Positions 38,966 through 51,702 are shown, counted from the first letter of the stretch. The stretch is DNA of 64,000 bases from Ginglymostoma cirratum (GCA_024137785.1 JAHRHZ010000251.1:20324908-20388907), one strand, 5' to 3'. Program-made: numbers and translations. Notes: generated by a model not told the origin, from the sequence alone.

Positions 38966-41900
38966 CGTTCAGCAATGGCAACAAGTGAGAAGACGGCTAC
39001 AAGGACGTAGTTTATGACCCTGTGCACATGTTGGCCCCACTCAGCATGCTGTCAAACAGGATGAGATATTGTAACAATACTTTTGCTGCCTGGACCACTA
39101 CATTAAATTCATGCAGGACTCAGCAGAATAGTTTTTATGACTCATGGCAGCTTGCTGAGGCAGCACAATTTTGGCTTTGACAATAGCTATCTGACAAATT
39201 ATTGTTGAAGAAGGCAGCTAGGTAGCTCTTTGCTGCTTATGTTGTCCAATCCCAACCCATCTGACAGTGATACCAGCGACTTCAAACTTAATTCTGAATC
39301 TTACCTTCCATCTGTGGTTGAACCTCATGTAGCCCACTTAACCACAGTGCATAAGTAAAAGCCATCCCAAAATAAAGATTCCTAAACAAATTTGTAAAAC
39401 AAAGTATTTGCTATTCTGTACAAATGTCAAATATTCACCTCTGTGCATTGCTTAGGGTCTGCTTTCCATAAGCCTTTGCCCATCCTAATGCTCCTATGCT
39501 GCGCTACCCCAATGGTTACAATATGGAGCTATTTTCAGCAGGAGAAAAACTGGAGATAGAGGTTGACTTCAGAGGGCATGGCTTTGGACTGCACCATCTT
39601 GGCATGATGGTGGTAGCAGTCTAGATGGTGTGGGAAGATGATTGCTGCCATCTTGAAAGAAGAATTCATGTTCATGCTCCATTGAGCCATTGTCACTTCC
39701 TGGGATGGTCCCTTAACAATGGTAGCAATTTAAAGTACTCAGATTGATAAATTCTGTGACATTCTGCAAGCCCCTTTCCACACTGTTTGGACAACTATGT
39801 TGGCAGTGGTCCAACCTTCCAATTGGTCATTGGGTGCCTTTGGCTTCTGATATTGGCCATCACATTATTTCATTAAGGATAGACCAGCATTTTGTAACGC
39901 AGTTAGTCACTACAACCACCTCACAAAGGCTCAGCTTCAAGCTCTGTGCACTAAGTTATTGCCGGATTTTCCATCCTCCTTTACATTGCAATAGCACTTC
40001 TGGACGGGTCTGCCGATTTACTGAGTACCTCATTGTGCACGTCTATCAGGCCTTCTTTCTAGCCAGTCACACAAAAATTCTCATTGGAGGCTTCTGCAGC
40101 AAAACCCATGGGTAATTTCAACTTCTGTTTGAGTTGGCACCTGTGTTAGCCTGCTCTGCCAATTCTGGCTGCAGCTTCCTCAAGTATCATGTCTCACCAC
40201 ATACAGGCCCTGTATCTATGCCACCCTCTAAATTATACACAGTGTAAGTATCTAATCTTCTAGTTGCAAACGTAAGATCAAGCGATGGCATTTCTTTGTC
40301 CCCACTGAAGCAATGGCAGAGTAGGGACTCCTGACTACAGTGAGTCTGGAGCAGGGACCTTGCGTAAGTCCTGGAGCCATGTTTTGGGACCTGGCTAATG
40401 AAGATGAGCTGCACTTAAGTACTTCCTTTTTATTCTTTTGTATCTCAAAATAGCGCCAGATTGTGGTGACAGAACACTTTTCACTGTATTTCCCTAGATA
40501 TATGTGACAATAAATCATTCATTCATTCATCTTATAGGGGCCTGAATGACACAGGCAACAGTGAACAACATAGCGTGATCATGCAGGAAGTCCATCGAGC
40601 ATTATCTCAACATCAAAAATAACTCACTGCTTCTTTTAACTGTGTTCTGAGTATCAATGGGACATTCTGCTAGGAAGTGGTAAGATGCATATTAAGGGGT
40701 TTATTGCTTGCTAGTGATCATAATCACTACAGATTTTACCTTATAATATGCAACTTCCTGTCCTACCCTAACCAAACTGGATCCCTAGAATTCTCAACAG
40801 TCAGTGCCAGCATTTGGAGACGTCAGCTTATAGCTGGCTGTGAAAAGCCTTCCTGTTTTTCACCTGCAACAGCATCTCAGAACACAGCTCATGGGCACCA
40901 ATTGCACACAGCCCTCTTCCATGGATATTAGCATCTGATTTTCACTACCCACTCAGCATCCTCATGACATGTCTCTGATTCACTCGCAGGATTCTTACAA
41001 AGTACAGACCTATATTGAATAGCTCACTGGCAGCTAGCATTGAAAGGCTGTTGCAAGGGCACTTTGCGTGCAAGGACAGCACCCAGCCCACAGATTGGAC
41101 CAGGCTGCATCACAACGCTGCTCACTTGATCCCTTAGCACGTGCTTAGTTAGTACCTGCTTGCGTATTCACAGCAACCACGTATTGGTGCTTCAGCCAGA
41201 TTTGAAGGTTATCAGTACGACCATACTGATGTGCTCTTTTGCAGACTGCATGTTGTACTTGTCTGGGATCTGCCTAGTGGAGGGGGTGGGACATCTTGCG
41301 GTATGGCACACCAGGATATCAACCAAATACCTAACACATATGACAAATGCCCCTGTGTGTCACACACACAGCACTTTTATTCAAACAAATGGCCTTTTTG
41401 GAAAGTAGGTGTGGATTAGTCTTCAGTCCAGTCAAGGGGGGATTGCAGTCTGTCATGGGATCACCAACATGTCAGTCATGGACAGAGTCTGCACATAGTC
41501 CAGGGGTTTTGCAATGGTCAGGCCTGTAGGCAATCACAGTCAGGGGAATCATGCACTATCAGCCAGAGAGCTGCAATAACAGCAGTCAGGGGCCTGGTTG
41601 GTCGTGTTGAGTGGCTGCTCATTGATGTTGGTCAGAGATCTGTAGCAAATACAATCCTGGGCGGCTCTGTGCATTGACTGTTCAGCAGCGTGCAAAAAGG
41701 ATGGAGTGTAGAGGCCAAAGGACTATCATTGTCACAAGTGGCTGGGCAGCCCAGGACTGAGCAGGGGGTGACAGCAGAGGGACATGTTGGGATGAGGGTA
41801 ATATCAAGGTATTATGGGGTAGTGCAGAACTGCATTAGAGGATATGGAAGACTACGGGAGCGGGGTTTCATTGCCAGTGACCACCATCATAGCCTTCAGT

Positions 41901-42569
41901 GGGGGACTGCAGATGAGTCAGGTAGGCATCATTATGTTACAATGTCGGGGCTCAGGGGCAGGAAGGGCAGCTGAAGACAAAGTTCAATGTGTTGAATCTC
42001 CACGTTGATGGTCGGTCAGGGCAATGAGTGGGAATGGGTTGTCGGAGTAGCGAAAGGGGAGTGTCAGTGTCAGTTTGATGGGCGAAGGCACAGGATTCCT
42101 GTCCACTGGGGGCTATGACACTGAATGCTCGAAAACATGAGCATGTGTGTGCAAAATGCAGCTAAACATAATTTCATCATTCATCTGCAATTCCTGCAGA
42201 GTGAATGTGCTTAAGCTTCAAATGCTGGTTGAAGGTGATTTGCGCCTTGCCACTGGTGCTTGCAAATTGAACTTTTACATTTCAATGCTGCAGAAGATGA
42301 CTTTGAAACCGATGAATGCCAGCCTAATGTGACTTGCAAGTTTTGAAACTTGTAAGGGTGCTGTGGGAGGCAGGGATGATTTGTTTCATCATCCATCTTT
42401 TAGGTATGGCAATGAGCTCAACTGAATGCATTGATGAGTTTCATTGTTGCTGTGGGTTTGGGATGGGAAAGGGGTTGGAACTCAGTGGGCACTCTCTTTT
42501 TGATGGAATATGTGGGTTACTCAGCTGGAACAGCACCTTCACCAAGTTGGTGCACACACTGACATATAA

Positions 42570-44260
42570 ACAGAAAGAGAGTGGTTAAAGGAGGAGTAGG
42601 GCCAATCAGAGACCAAAAAGGGGATTTACACGTTGAAGTGTTAAATAAATATATTGCGTCTGCATTTAAAAAAAGAGGAGGATGGTTCCCAGGCCACAGT
42701 GATAGAGGAAGCAATCCTTTCACTACAAGTGCTCAAATTAATAAGGAAGAAGTCTTGGCAAGTTTGGTGGCATTTCAGGTTGACAAGGCATTGGGACCAG
42801 ATGAGATGCATCCAAAGGTTTCAAAGGAAGAATAGAAATTGAGGGGGCATTGGCCATAATCTTTCAGTCTTTGCTGGACTTTGGCGAGGTGCTAAAAGTC
42901 TAGAATATTGCTAATATTACAGCCTTGCTCAAGAAATGTTGTAAGGATGATTGTAACGATTACAGACCAATTCAGCAGTGGAGAAATTTCTAGAAATAGT
43001 TATTTGTGACAGAATTAGGAGTCACATGGGGAAAAAGTGTGAGATAATTAGGAACAGCAAGCATATATTTCTAAAGAGGGAATCATATTTAATTAACTTG
43101 CTGAAAATTTTGAAGTTGTAACAGAGAGGGTTGATGGGGGTAATGCTATTATTGTAGTATATAATGATTTCCAGAAGGTGTTTGTTACAGTGTCACACAA
43201 CAGAAGGAAAATTCTACTTCATGGTATGAAAGGGTCAGTAGCTATGTGGATACAAAATTGGCTGAATGATAGATAATATTTTTGGACTGGAATAAAGCTT
43301 CTAGTGGAGTTCCCCAGAGGTTGGAATTGGGATCCTTGCTTTTCCTGATATATGTTAACAATCTGGATCTTTGCACAGGGGATAAGTTCAAAGTTTGCAG
43401 ATGACATGAAACTTGGAAGAATTGTAAACTATAAGGAGGATAGTATTGAACTCCAAATGGACATTGACAAGTTTGTAGAGTGGGTGGACAGGTGCCAGAT
43501 GAGGTTCGATGCAAAGAAATGTGAAATGATGCACTTTGATTGGAAGAACACTACAAAATATGGGCAAAATTTTAAAGAGGGTGCAGAATCAGAAGGTCTA
43601 GGTGTATATGTGTACAAATCATTGAAGGTGGCGGGACCGGTGGAGAGAGCAGTTAATAAAGCATACAGCATTCTTAGTTTTATTAATAGGGGCATAGAGA
43701 CTGGAGCGAGGAGGTGACGCTGAACTTGTATATGACATTTGTTAAACCTCACCTAGATTATTGTGGACAATTGTGATTGCCACATTGTTGGAAAGATGTA
43801 AAGGCATTGGAGAGACTACAGAAGTGATTTACAAGAATGGTTCCAGGGATGAGAGATTTTGGTTATGAGGGGAGTTTGAAGAGGGAGGGACTGTTCTCCT
43901 TGAAGTGAAATAGGCTGAGAGGAGGTTTGATAGAGGTTTGCAAAACCTTGAGCTGGCTGTTCCCGCTCATAAAAGGAAAAAACAATAAGAGGGCATAGAT
44001 TTAAAGTGATGTGCAGAAGAAGCGAGGGTGATGTGAAAAAAATGTCACACAGTGAGTAGTAGAGTACGGAATGCGTTGCCTGGAAAGGTCGTGAAGGCAG
44101 GTTCAACTTCCACATCCAAAAGAGCACTGGATGATTATTTGGATAGAAGTGGTGCACAAAGATAAGTGGGAAAGGCAGGAGAAGGCAACTAAGTAATAGA
44201 ATCAAAGCAGGCATAATGGGCCAAATAGCATCCTTCTGTGCTATAACAATGATGTGATTC
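42570..44260 (+). mobile_element. Degenerate CR1 LINE, about 1.7 kb
   Basis: ORFs 42581..42835 (VDKALGPDEMHPKV) and 43352..43717 (KFADDMKLG...W....QMRFDAKKC..MHF). 3' UTR atgggccaaatagcatccttctgtgctataac. Confidence 0.88.
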
Positions 44261-44479
44261 TGAGGCTGAAGCTAACCACCTGACAGAGACATGGCCTTTG
44301 TTACTGGGGTGTACCATGCCTCCCTGTATAGAGATGTGTGCAGCTGACATCTGCAGGGAATGTCATTCAGAGCTAAGAGGATGTTTTGCTCATTATGTTC
44401 CTAACACAGGTCATTTTCAGGAGGAGTCATGCACCCAGCTGCTGGAGAGCTGTTGGCTGCTTTAAATCCTGCTGGCTGA

Positions 44480-45060
44480 GAAAGTGACTTCTGCTTTCTA
44501 TGTGATGGGCTCCTTCCAGGGAATGACTGGTGACCTCTGTGGGATCTCTCTGTCATGCACCCACAAAATGCATCACAGTGATTGATGCCAGCGTGCAAGA
44601 ACACGCCAGTTCATTTTGTTTCTCCCATGATGAGGTCAGTTCTGCTACCCAGGCAGTAGCATTCAGAAATATAGCTGGGATGCCAAAGGTGCAGGGTGCC
44701 ATTGACTGCACACAAGGGGCCAGAGGGTCATGTCACAATATGGTGAAATTCATCAACAGGAGAGAATTCCATTCCATTAACATCCAGATGATCTGTTATG
44801 ACTTCCTGGGTGTGTTTGCCCACTACCCTGGCAACTGCCACCATTCCTACATCCTTGAGCACTCTTGTGTACCTGGTATGTTTGAGGGTCCAGGTGTCTG
44901 CCAAGGCTGGTTACTGGAGGACAAGGGTTACCCATTGTGACAATGGAGATGGGGGGTGGGGTGGTAGGCTCTAGTACAGTCCAGAGAGCGTGTGCTGCTT
45001 CATCCAGTATGCTATGCTCTGAACAGTTGAAACAGGCAATGAGGCAATGTGTTGAATGCT
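44480..45060 (+). mobile_element. Harbinger (HARBI1-like) DDE transposase pseudogene fragment
   Basis: ORF 44530..44940: IAGMPKVQGAIDCT...FINRREFHSINIQMIC...AHYPGNCHHSYIL...GWLLEDKGYPL. The second catalytic Asp position (HD) reads HH. Confidence 0.85.
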
Positions 45061-45136
45061 GAGGATCTGTGTGGACACAGTCTTCTGAGGACATCTGGGA
45101 AGAGGAAGATCTCCTTGTCCATAACTGAGCTCAGCT

Positions 45137-45492
45137 GGGGGAGGCAATGGCCTAGTGGTATTATCATTGGACTGTTAATCCTGAGACTCAGGCAATGTTC
45201 TGGCGACCCAGGTTTGAATGGCAAATGGTGAAATTTGAATTCAATAAATATCTGGAATTAAGAATCAAATGATGACTATGAATCTATCGTTGATTGTCAG
45301 GAAAAACCCATCTGGTTTGCTAATGTCTTTTAGGGAAGGAAACTGCCATCCTTACCTGGTCTGGCCTGCATGTGACTCCAGACCCATGGCAATGTGTTTG
45401 ACTCTTAATCACCCACTGGGCTATTAGGAATGGGCAATAAATGCTGCCTAGCCAGCGACACCCACATCCCATGAATGAATAATAATAACAAA
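45137..45492 (+). mobile_element. tRNA-derived SINE, family copy 2
   Basis: ggggaggcaatggcctagtggtattatc...ccaggtttgaat. Colinear with 22687-23043. Confidence 0.8.
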
Positions 45493-48400
45493 AAGCTGCA
45501 TTGGCCACCACAGGCCAGTCAGGACCAGAATGGCTCCTGGTTCCAGTAGATGACAGCTCAGTGCAAAAACCATCACAGACTATGAAATAGTCAGTGGTCA
45601 CCTTGCTAGCTTTTGATTTGCATTGGGGGGGGCAAACTCCAGACTTTATTCATTTTGTTTGTACTCACTTTGGTTGACTGTAAATAAAAGGTCATATTTG
45701 GAATTGCAGTTACTTGCTTGTATGTATATGTTCACAATAACTGGACAATAACTAGCTAAAGGTATACAGGAGGCACTGGGGACAATGTAATGGTGACTTA
45801 CAGAGGATGTTTAGGCAGGATGTAGCCAATGTCAGTAAACTTTATTGCCTGGTGAGTAAACAACTAGATTGAGAGAATAGGGTTGCTTGCATGAGAGAGG
45901 TCTTGGGGAAAGAAGCTCTCTGCGAAACTTGATGAAAATGTCACTTCACCAAAAAAAAAGGTTCAGTCAACATCTCTTAAAGTCATGAGATGGCAATGAA
46001 TGAGAACCCAGCATTAGAATGTATTGTGAGAATCATATTATCCATGTCCACATAACTGATTTTAACTCACATTTTGCATAATACATTAGCAAAATTACAC
46101 TCAGAATGATGATTCCTGACTGCAAATTAAACTTATACCTGTACTAAGCTCATGAGTAACGTATGATCCACCTTCACAGAAACAATGTTCCAAATTCAAG
46201 AAAGTAGGTTATTTCAACTGAATCCAGAATCAAACACAAGGGTTAATGCTTTTAAAAAAGAAATGTGTCAATATGTTCATCTTAGCTTTTTAATGAGCCC
46301 GTTAAACTATAGGATAACTGCAGTGAAGGATACCAGTGACGAATATTTTTAAGGAAATTTAACAACATTTTTGCTGAAGGAAGTGTAGAAGAACATGTCA
46401 CGTATTAATGTACGGAGAAACTTGAGACTTTGTCACAGAAAATAAGAGGAATACTTTGGTCGGTATATAACATCCTTGACAAAACAATGATGAGCTCAAT
46501 GACCTTTACTTTTGTTTTGTTCGTGTGTTTTTGTTAAACACGTTTGTGCATGCAAGTAGTAATGATGTAGCAGGATAGAATTAATTAGATTCCTAGCACC
46601 TAATTTTATTCTGTGGACTTTGTCGGAATATTCATCTTCTAAAAAAATTAATCAACTCCTGTAAAGATCAAAAGAAAATTTTATGTGTTACTTAGAGTTG
46701 ATTCAGCAACTGGAGTGATTTAAACTCTGCTTAACAATTTTCATAGAGTAAAATTTTGAGTCAACTTTATGCCAGTCCATCCAACTGACCTTTCATTTGA
46801 GATTAAATTTTGCAAAGGCACATGAAAGGATTCAAGCAGTACATAATCATGTCTGCATAACTTTTCATTTAATTTGTTATAAAGGGTACTTTTTCATTCA
46901 TCCAGGATTATATGTGATAAATCATATCTGTGCCTTTTTGTTGTCTTTGATATTGTGTGGAAATTATCCCAGGATTCTTTGACTCACTAGTTTCATTCTT
47001 CCTCAGCCCCTCACTGGGTCTCAGCAACATGGGCAGGACTTACTTCACCGTTTTGTTGAAGAGCTATCTGAACTAGGCACTATGATTTATACCAAGTAAG
47101 ATGCTAATGCTGAGTGGAAGCAGAGATTTGAAATATCCCAGAAAAATTTCCATAAGAATGAGAGACATGAAATTCAATTTCTTATAAATGTTCATACATA
47201 TGTATTACTGTACAGGTAACACCACAATACCAATGAAAAATCACTTGCCCTACTGACATTTGCTTTAAATTTAAATTGTTTATTTTTCTTTTGATTTCCT
47301 TTTGTGAAACAATATTTTAACTCAAATTGAAATTCAAATTTAAGATTGTGGTTTCCAACAATTTCATGGTAATCCAAGGTTATAGTCAGTACAAAAAACA
47401 ATAATATTCACACAAGACTATTACTGATACATCACATGAAGGATTACACCTTTAGTTTCTGGTCAACTTTGCATCTACCATTACATTTGTTGACTAACTG
47501 AAATTTCTGTGAAGAAGGGACAAAGATATTTTGGGATTCTGCAGGTGTGACTGTGTGGGGTAGGAGACAACATTTATTGCTGGATATATACTGGCTCTAT
47601 TGTGACAAGTGGCAGTTGAACCAAGCATAAACTATCTTCTGGAAATGCATCGCAGGGAAGAAATGGTAGAGAATGATGGAGTGGTCCATCATAAGGGATT
47701 TCTGAAAAGCTGAAACCTTGGGGTGATAATGCAATATGGTCTTCAAAACATATTGTAATTTGTATTTTTGACTGGAGGTCTAATTGATAGTATAGGGTGA
47801 TAATCAGACTTTCGGGAGTGAAAAAAGGAATTTTAGGAGTAATTCATTTTGAATTGTATGAGAAGAAAGGTTTGAGGAATTAAACGATCTTTTAGTGGAA
47901 CAAATGATTGGGAAAGTGGAGGCAAAGACAGTTCACATGGTGTCTTGATGCTGGACATAACCAAGTCCATAACATCCTCATAACGCACAGCAGAGGTGAG
48001 AACAGAGGATATTGAAGTAGGATGTCAGAGAGGTGTGGTAACTAAGGATTCTGGGATCACCCTTAGACTCAAGGGTATTCATGAATTTATATGATTCTCC
48101 TATGGAGAAGAGATGTGCTATTCTTTGTGCCGGTGAGTGGTCAATGAGAGTAATCAGATGGAGATGCTTTCAAGTCCACAGACTTCACGTGTGAAAACAC
48201 AAAAGTGAATACCAGGCAGGATGTTGGAATGGAAAACTTTAAAAATTTAAGTAACTTTGAGCAGTTGTGAACATTAGAGATGGAACTCAAGCACCGTTTT
48301 GAGAAGTTATCAGTGGCAATAATATTAGTGCAGATGGAAACCCAAAGGGTTCAGTGCAGGAATTAGATGAGGTAGTAATGTTGGAGCAGAGGGAAAATAT

Positions 48401-49319
48401 TTTCACAAAGTGAATGACAAGAGTGATGCAAGGGGAGGTGAGCCAGAGTTTTGCATGCAGGAGAGAAGATAAAGTTGTGATCAGAAATTAACTTGTCACC
48501 AATTAAAATCGCTAAGGTGGTGAAGCCTTGGATAACAGCAAGGTTGAACGGGTAAGTAAATGTGTGAATGAGAGCGTTGAGTGAGAAGTCGGGAGATTTA
48601 GGGTCAATTGGATTAAGATTGAGGATAAGAAGTTACTTCATGCAGAGGCTAAGAATGGAGATCTTGGCAAGTAGAAAGGGCAAGAATTCCAAAAGGAAGG
48701 CTGGAAGAATGGGAGATAGTAATGGACTTGATAGAAAAAGAAAACATCAGTAACGTAAGAGTTATATAGTATAGGCGTGGCATGGTGGAAACCATTTCAG
48801 GTTCGGTAATTTTGGTAAAGGGGAAGGAATCACTGTCTTGTGGCTAGATTGCTGCCAGATCATGGCTAATCAACAAACTCACCCATGATAATATCATAGA
48901 GAGTGCAAATTCTGGAAAGCCATAGAGAATTGAATTTTGGTCACTCATGCAGTAGTCATAAAAGAATGGATTGAGAACAGGATAATGTTAAAGAAATTAG
49001 CCACTGGTGAATGAATTGGAAGGAATGGCCACTATGAACATCAGATTGGGAGCTGACAATTCTATAACAGATGAGAATGAGTTGTACTGTGAGTGAGACA
49101 GGGGTAACACTGGGAAAGTGCAGAGAGTTACATGCTTGGTAAAGAGAGATATGAGCATAAAATGACAGTAGAATGAAAGGACACCAGGGCATAGCAGTGA
49201 ACAGGGCAAAAATGTAGGTTATAAATTGAAAGGGTAAAAAGGTAGCAGTTAGGTTAGTGACCTCAGGTACAGGACAGCAAGCAATGTACAAAAGCGGGTT
49301 AAGGTTAGATAAATTGATA

Positions 49320-49502
49320 CAGAATCAGAATCACAGAAGTGTTATGGTGCAGAAAGAGGTCATTTGGTCTATTGTGTCTGCACCAGCTCTTTAAATGAGC
49401 ATCATACCTACTGCCAGTCTCCTCATATCCTTGCACATTATTTCTATCCAAATAATTATCCAATAATTTCCTGAATCCTTCAATTCGACCTGCCTTCACT
49501 AC
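49320..49502 (-). mobile_element. CR1 LINE 3' end
   Basis: ORF 49305..49499 (KAGRIEGFRKLLDNYL...VQGY) plus a CR1-like 3' UTR. Confidence 0.75.
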
Positions 49503-51025
49503 ATTTCAATAGAGAGTAAAACATGGTTTAACAGTTTCTATACACAGAGACTTATGACATGGTAATTAGGAATCCTGCAACAAGCCCAATGATCTGTCTT
49601 GATCTGATGGGGAATTCAGGGTTAGTGTTAAGAGGTAACTGTTGACTCAAGTAACATCGTTTCTGAAATTCATGAAATAAAATGATTCACTTTCATTAAA
49701 CAAACATTGTAGGAGGAAAACTGCCAGAATATTTGATACAACATTGCAATGAGAATTAAACCCGGAAAGAAACTAAATGAACAATTAAACTAGAATTGTA
49801 TATTCTGACTCATCTTGCAGTGATTTTTTCTCAGTTAATATAATCTTGCAGTATTTCCTCATGACTGTATAAAAATTCAATAATATTTCCAGGTTTTATC
49901 TATGTTGTGCTTCTGATACATATTAGCCTACAATGTGTTCCAACTAATCAATTTAACTCAGATTATAATCAGAATGACAAAGTTTTACATAAATTAGCTC
50001 TTCTGATCGTGCACAAGTATCTTTCAGAAAAAGTAAAATTGATTTTTTTGTAAAGTAATTTATACCTGCCACTACATTAACCTTAGAATGTTGTCTAACC
50101 ACTAATGGCTTGTCTCTCCCCCTCTACTTTGGATGAAAACATCTCTCAAATTGGATGAATACACTTGCATAATGTTCCTACTTAATTTGCATAACGAAGC
50201 TAAGAAGAAAATTGCACGAACAATTAAAACCAGATGAGAAATAAATATACTGTAACCCATTCTCAAAATATTTTTGCATAAAAAGGTCACTGCACAGAAA
50301 TTGCATACAAATCTCAGAAATGGAAATATTCAGTTTGTTTTTCTGCATTTTTGATGTATTAGTTTTCAGAAGCTTTATTCTTTTTTCCATTTCAAGAAAT
50401 ATAATTCTATCTGCATTACTGATCATATGTGTATCATAGCTATTTGTCTATGTTTGCATGACAAGTTGGTTTGAATGATCTAAAGATATCTATGAAAGTC
50501 ATACAACTTGCATGAAAAATTGGAAAACATTTTATATTTTTGTTTTCAAATGCCTTGGCACAAACATGGAAGTGAACTGGAATTCATGGCATGGAGATAT
50601 TTCACTTTCCCAATTATAGATACCGGCTCTCTCTAACCTCAACTCAAACAAAAAATGTTTTCCAAACATTATTCAAAGAAGATACTGCCTGATTCATAGA
50701 GCTGTGTCCCTCAAAGAGTGTTACTATTTCAGAGAAGTCAGAGTACCGTCTTTTGGTATTGCTTTCTCTAACGTTCGCTGGTCAAATCAAGGAATTGAGC
50801 ATTAGTGCTACTAACTGTTACGCATCCATGAGTACGTAAAATTACTATGTGGATTTCCTGACCAAATGGTTAGCCAGAGGCAATTGCAAGTGCAATCTTT
50901 CATCAGATTTACTGGAGTTCAAGAGATTCAGATTTCTGGGCATACTACGGTAAAGTGCGTTTAAATTAAATATAATGAATATCCATAGCTACCACATTTT
51001 TAAATGAGCGGTAATCATTATTACT

Positions 51026-51044
51026 TTTATTAATATAGTTTATT
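51026..51044 (-). terminator. Tandem AATAAA poly(A) signals downstream of the beta-exon read-through stop
   Basis: Plus-strand tttatt at 51026-51031 and 51039-51044, about 220-240 nt past the TAG at 51265. Confidence 0.4.
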
Positions 51045-51317
51045 ATTATTATTTTTACTCAGGCAACTGTGATCCATAATCTAGTGTTTGTTTGAAATAG
51101 GAATTCTACATGTCCAGTAAGTGGTAGTAACCTCTGAATTTAGATCCCTTATTCTAGTGTGACGATATATAGGTTTAATAGATTTAGGGAGGCTATATGG
51201 GGCGGTGATATGGGAAAGACAGGTAATAGCATCGTCAACAGAAAGCAGCAGCAGAAATAGCATGCTATGTTTCAGCAGTAGCATGCTTCAGTTTAAGAAG
51301 AGAAGAAATGGACGTAC

Positions 51318-51376
51318 TGTAGAAACTGGCCATTACGTAGTGTTGACAGCGATCACCTTTAAATTCATTTGGACAC
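51318..51376 (-). CDS. NRG2: NRG2 EGF-like domain C-terminal beta exon (CPNEFKGDRCQHYVMASFY)
   Basis: Acceptor tttttcttgtcag|G TGT, donor TACA|gtacgt. 59 nt, phase 2 to phase 1. Neuregulin beta motif CP-x4-GDRCQ-x3-M-x2-F. Confidence 0.93.
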
Positions 51377-51631
51377 CTGACAAGAAAAACAAAACCATAG
51401 AGAAAGAAACAAGATAGAAAGGATTTAACATTAGAATTGAGCATTCAAGGACACATATCCCAAAAACATTGATGAGACCACTGGATTGTTCAACAGCAGA
51501 AGAAATGTTCTCAAAATAACATTTTTGTAAATGTAGTTCTCTTTATATGCTGCTGCAGTCAAAATCCCCAACTCCAGTGCTGTCACCAAGGATACCTAGA
51601 AGTACTGCAACACTTCCTTACAATAACATAC

Positions 51632-51702
51632 TTAGATCAGGTTTATATGTTCTCAAGGGCTCAGTCTCCAAACATCTTTGTCCGAAGAATCCAGGTTGGC
51701 AT
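51632..51702 (-). CDS. NRG2: NRG2 EGF-like domain C-terminal alpha exon (CQPGFFGQRCLETEPLRTYKPDL)
   Basis: Acceptor cccttttcctcccctag|A TGC, donor CTAA|gtatgt. 71 nt, phase 2 to phase 1. GFFGQRCLE-x-x-PLR-x-Y-x-PD is the NRG2-alpha signature. Confidence 0.92.

Larger units (their letters stand above)
16861..51702 (-). other. NRG2: Neuregulin-2 gene, partial (EGF alpha/beta exons through cytoplasmic tail); 5' exons outside window
   Basis: Eight exons with GT-AG boundaries and matching phases. They splice to ...CPNEFKGDRCQHYVMASFY-KHLGFEFM-EAEELYQKRVLTITGICVALLVVGIVCVVAYCKTK-KQRKKMHSHLRQNLC...DSPHSDR-YVSALTTPARLSPVD...QDSTPV*. The TM segment (CVALLVVGIVCVVAY), MHxHLRQN, the alpha exon and the tail match NRG2 better than NRG1 as recalled. 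Confidence 0.93.

Noticed and set aside
51543-51631. A 36-nt GT...AG segment after the alpha donor (51596-51631) followed by an in-frame SILGDSTGVGDFDCSSI*, resembling the mammalian NRG2 tail SVLWDTPGTGV
   Set aside because: 36 nt is below the usual minimum vertebrate intron length. The mammalian tail is explained by out-of-frame reading of the beta exon, so the resemblance is probably chance.
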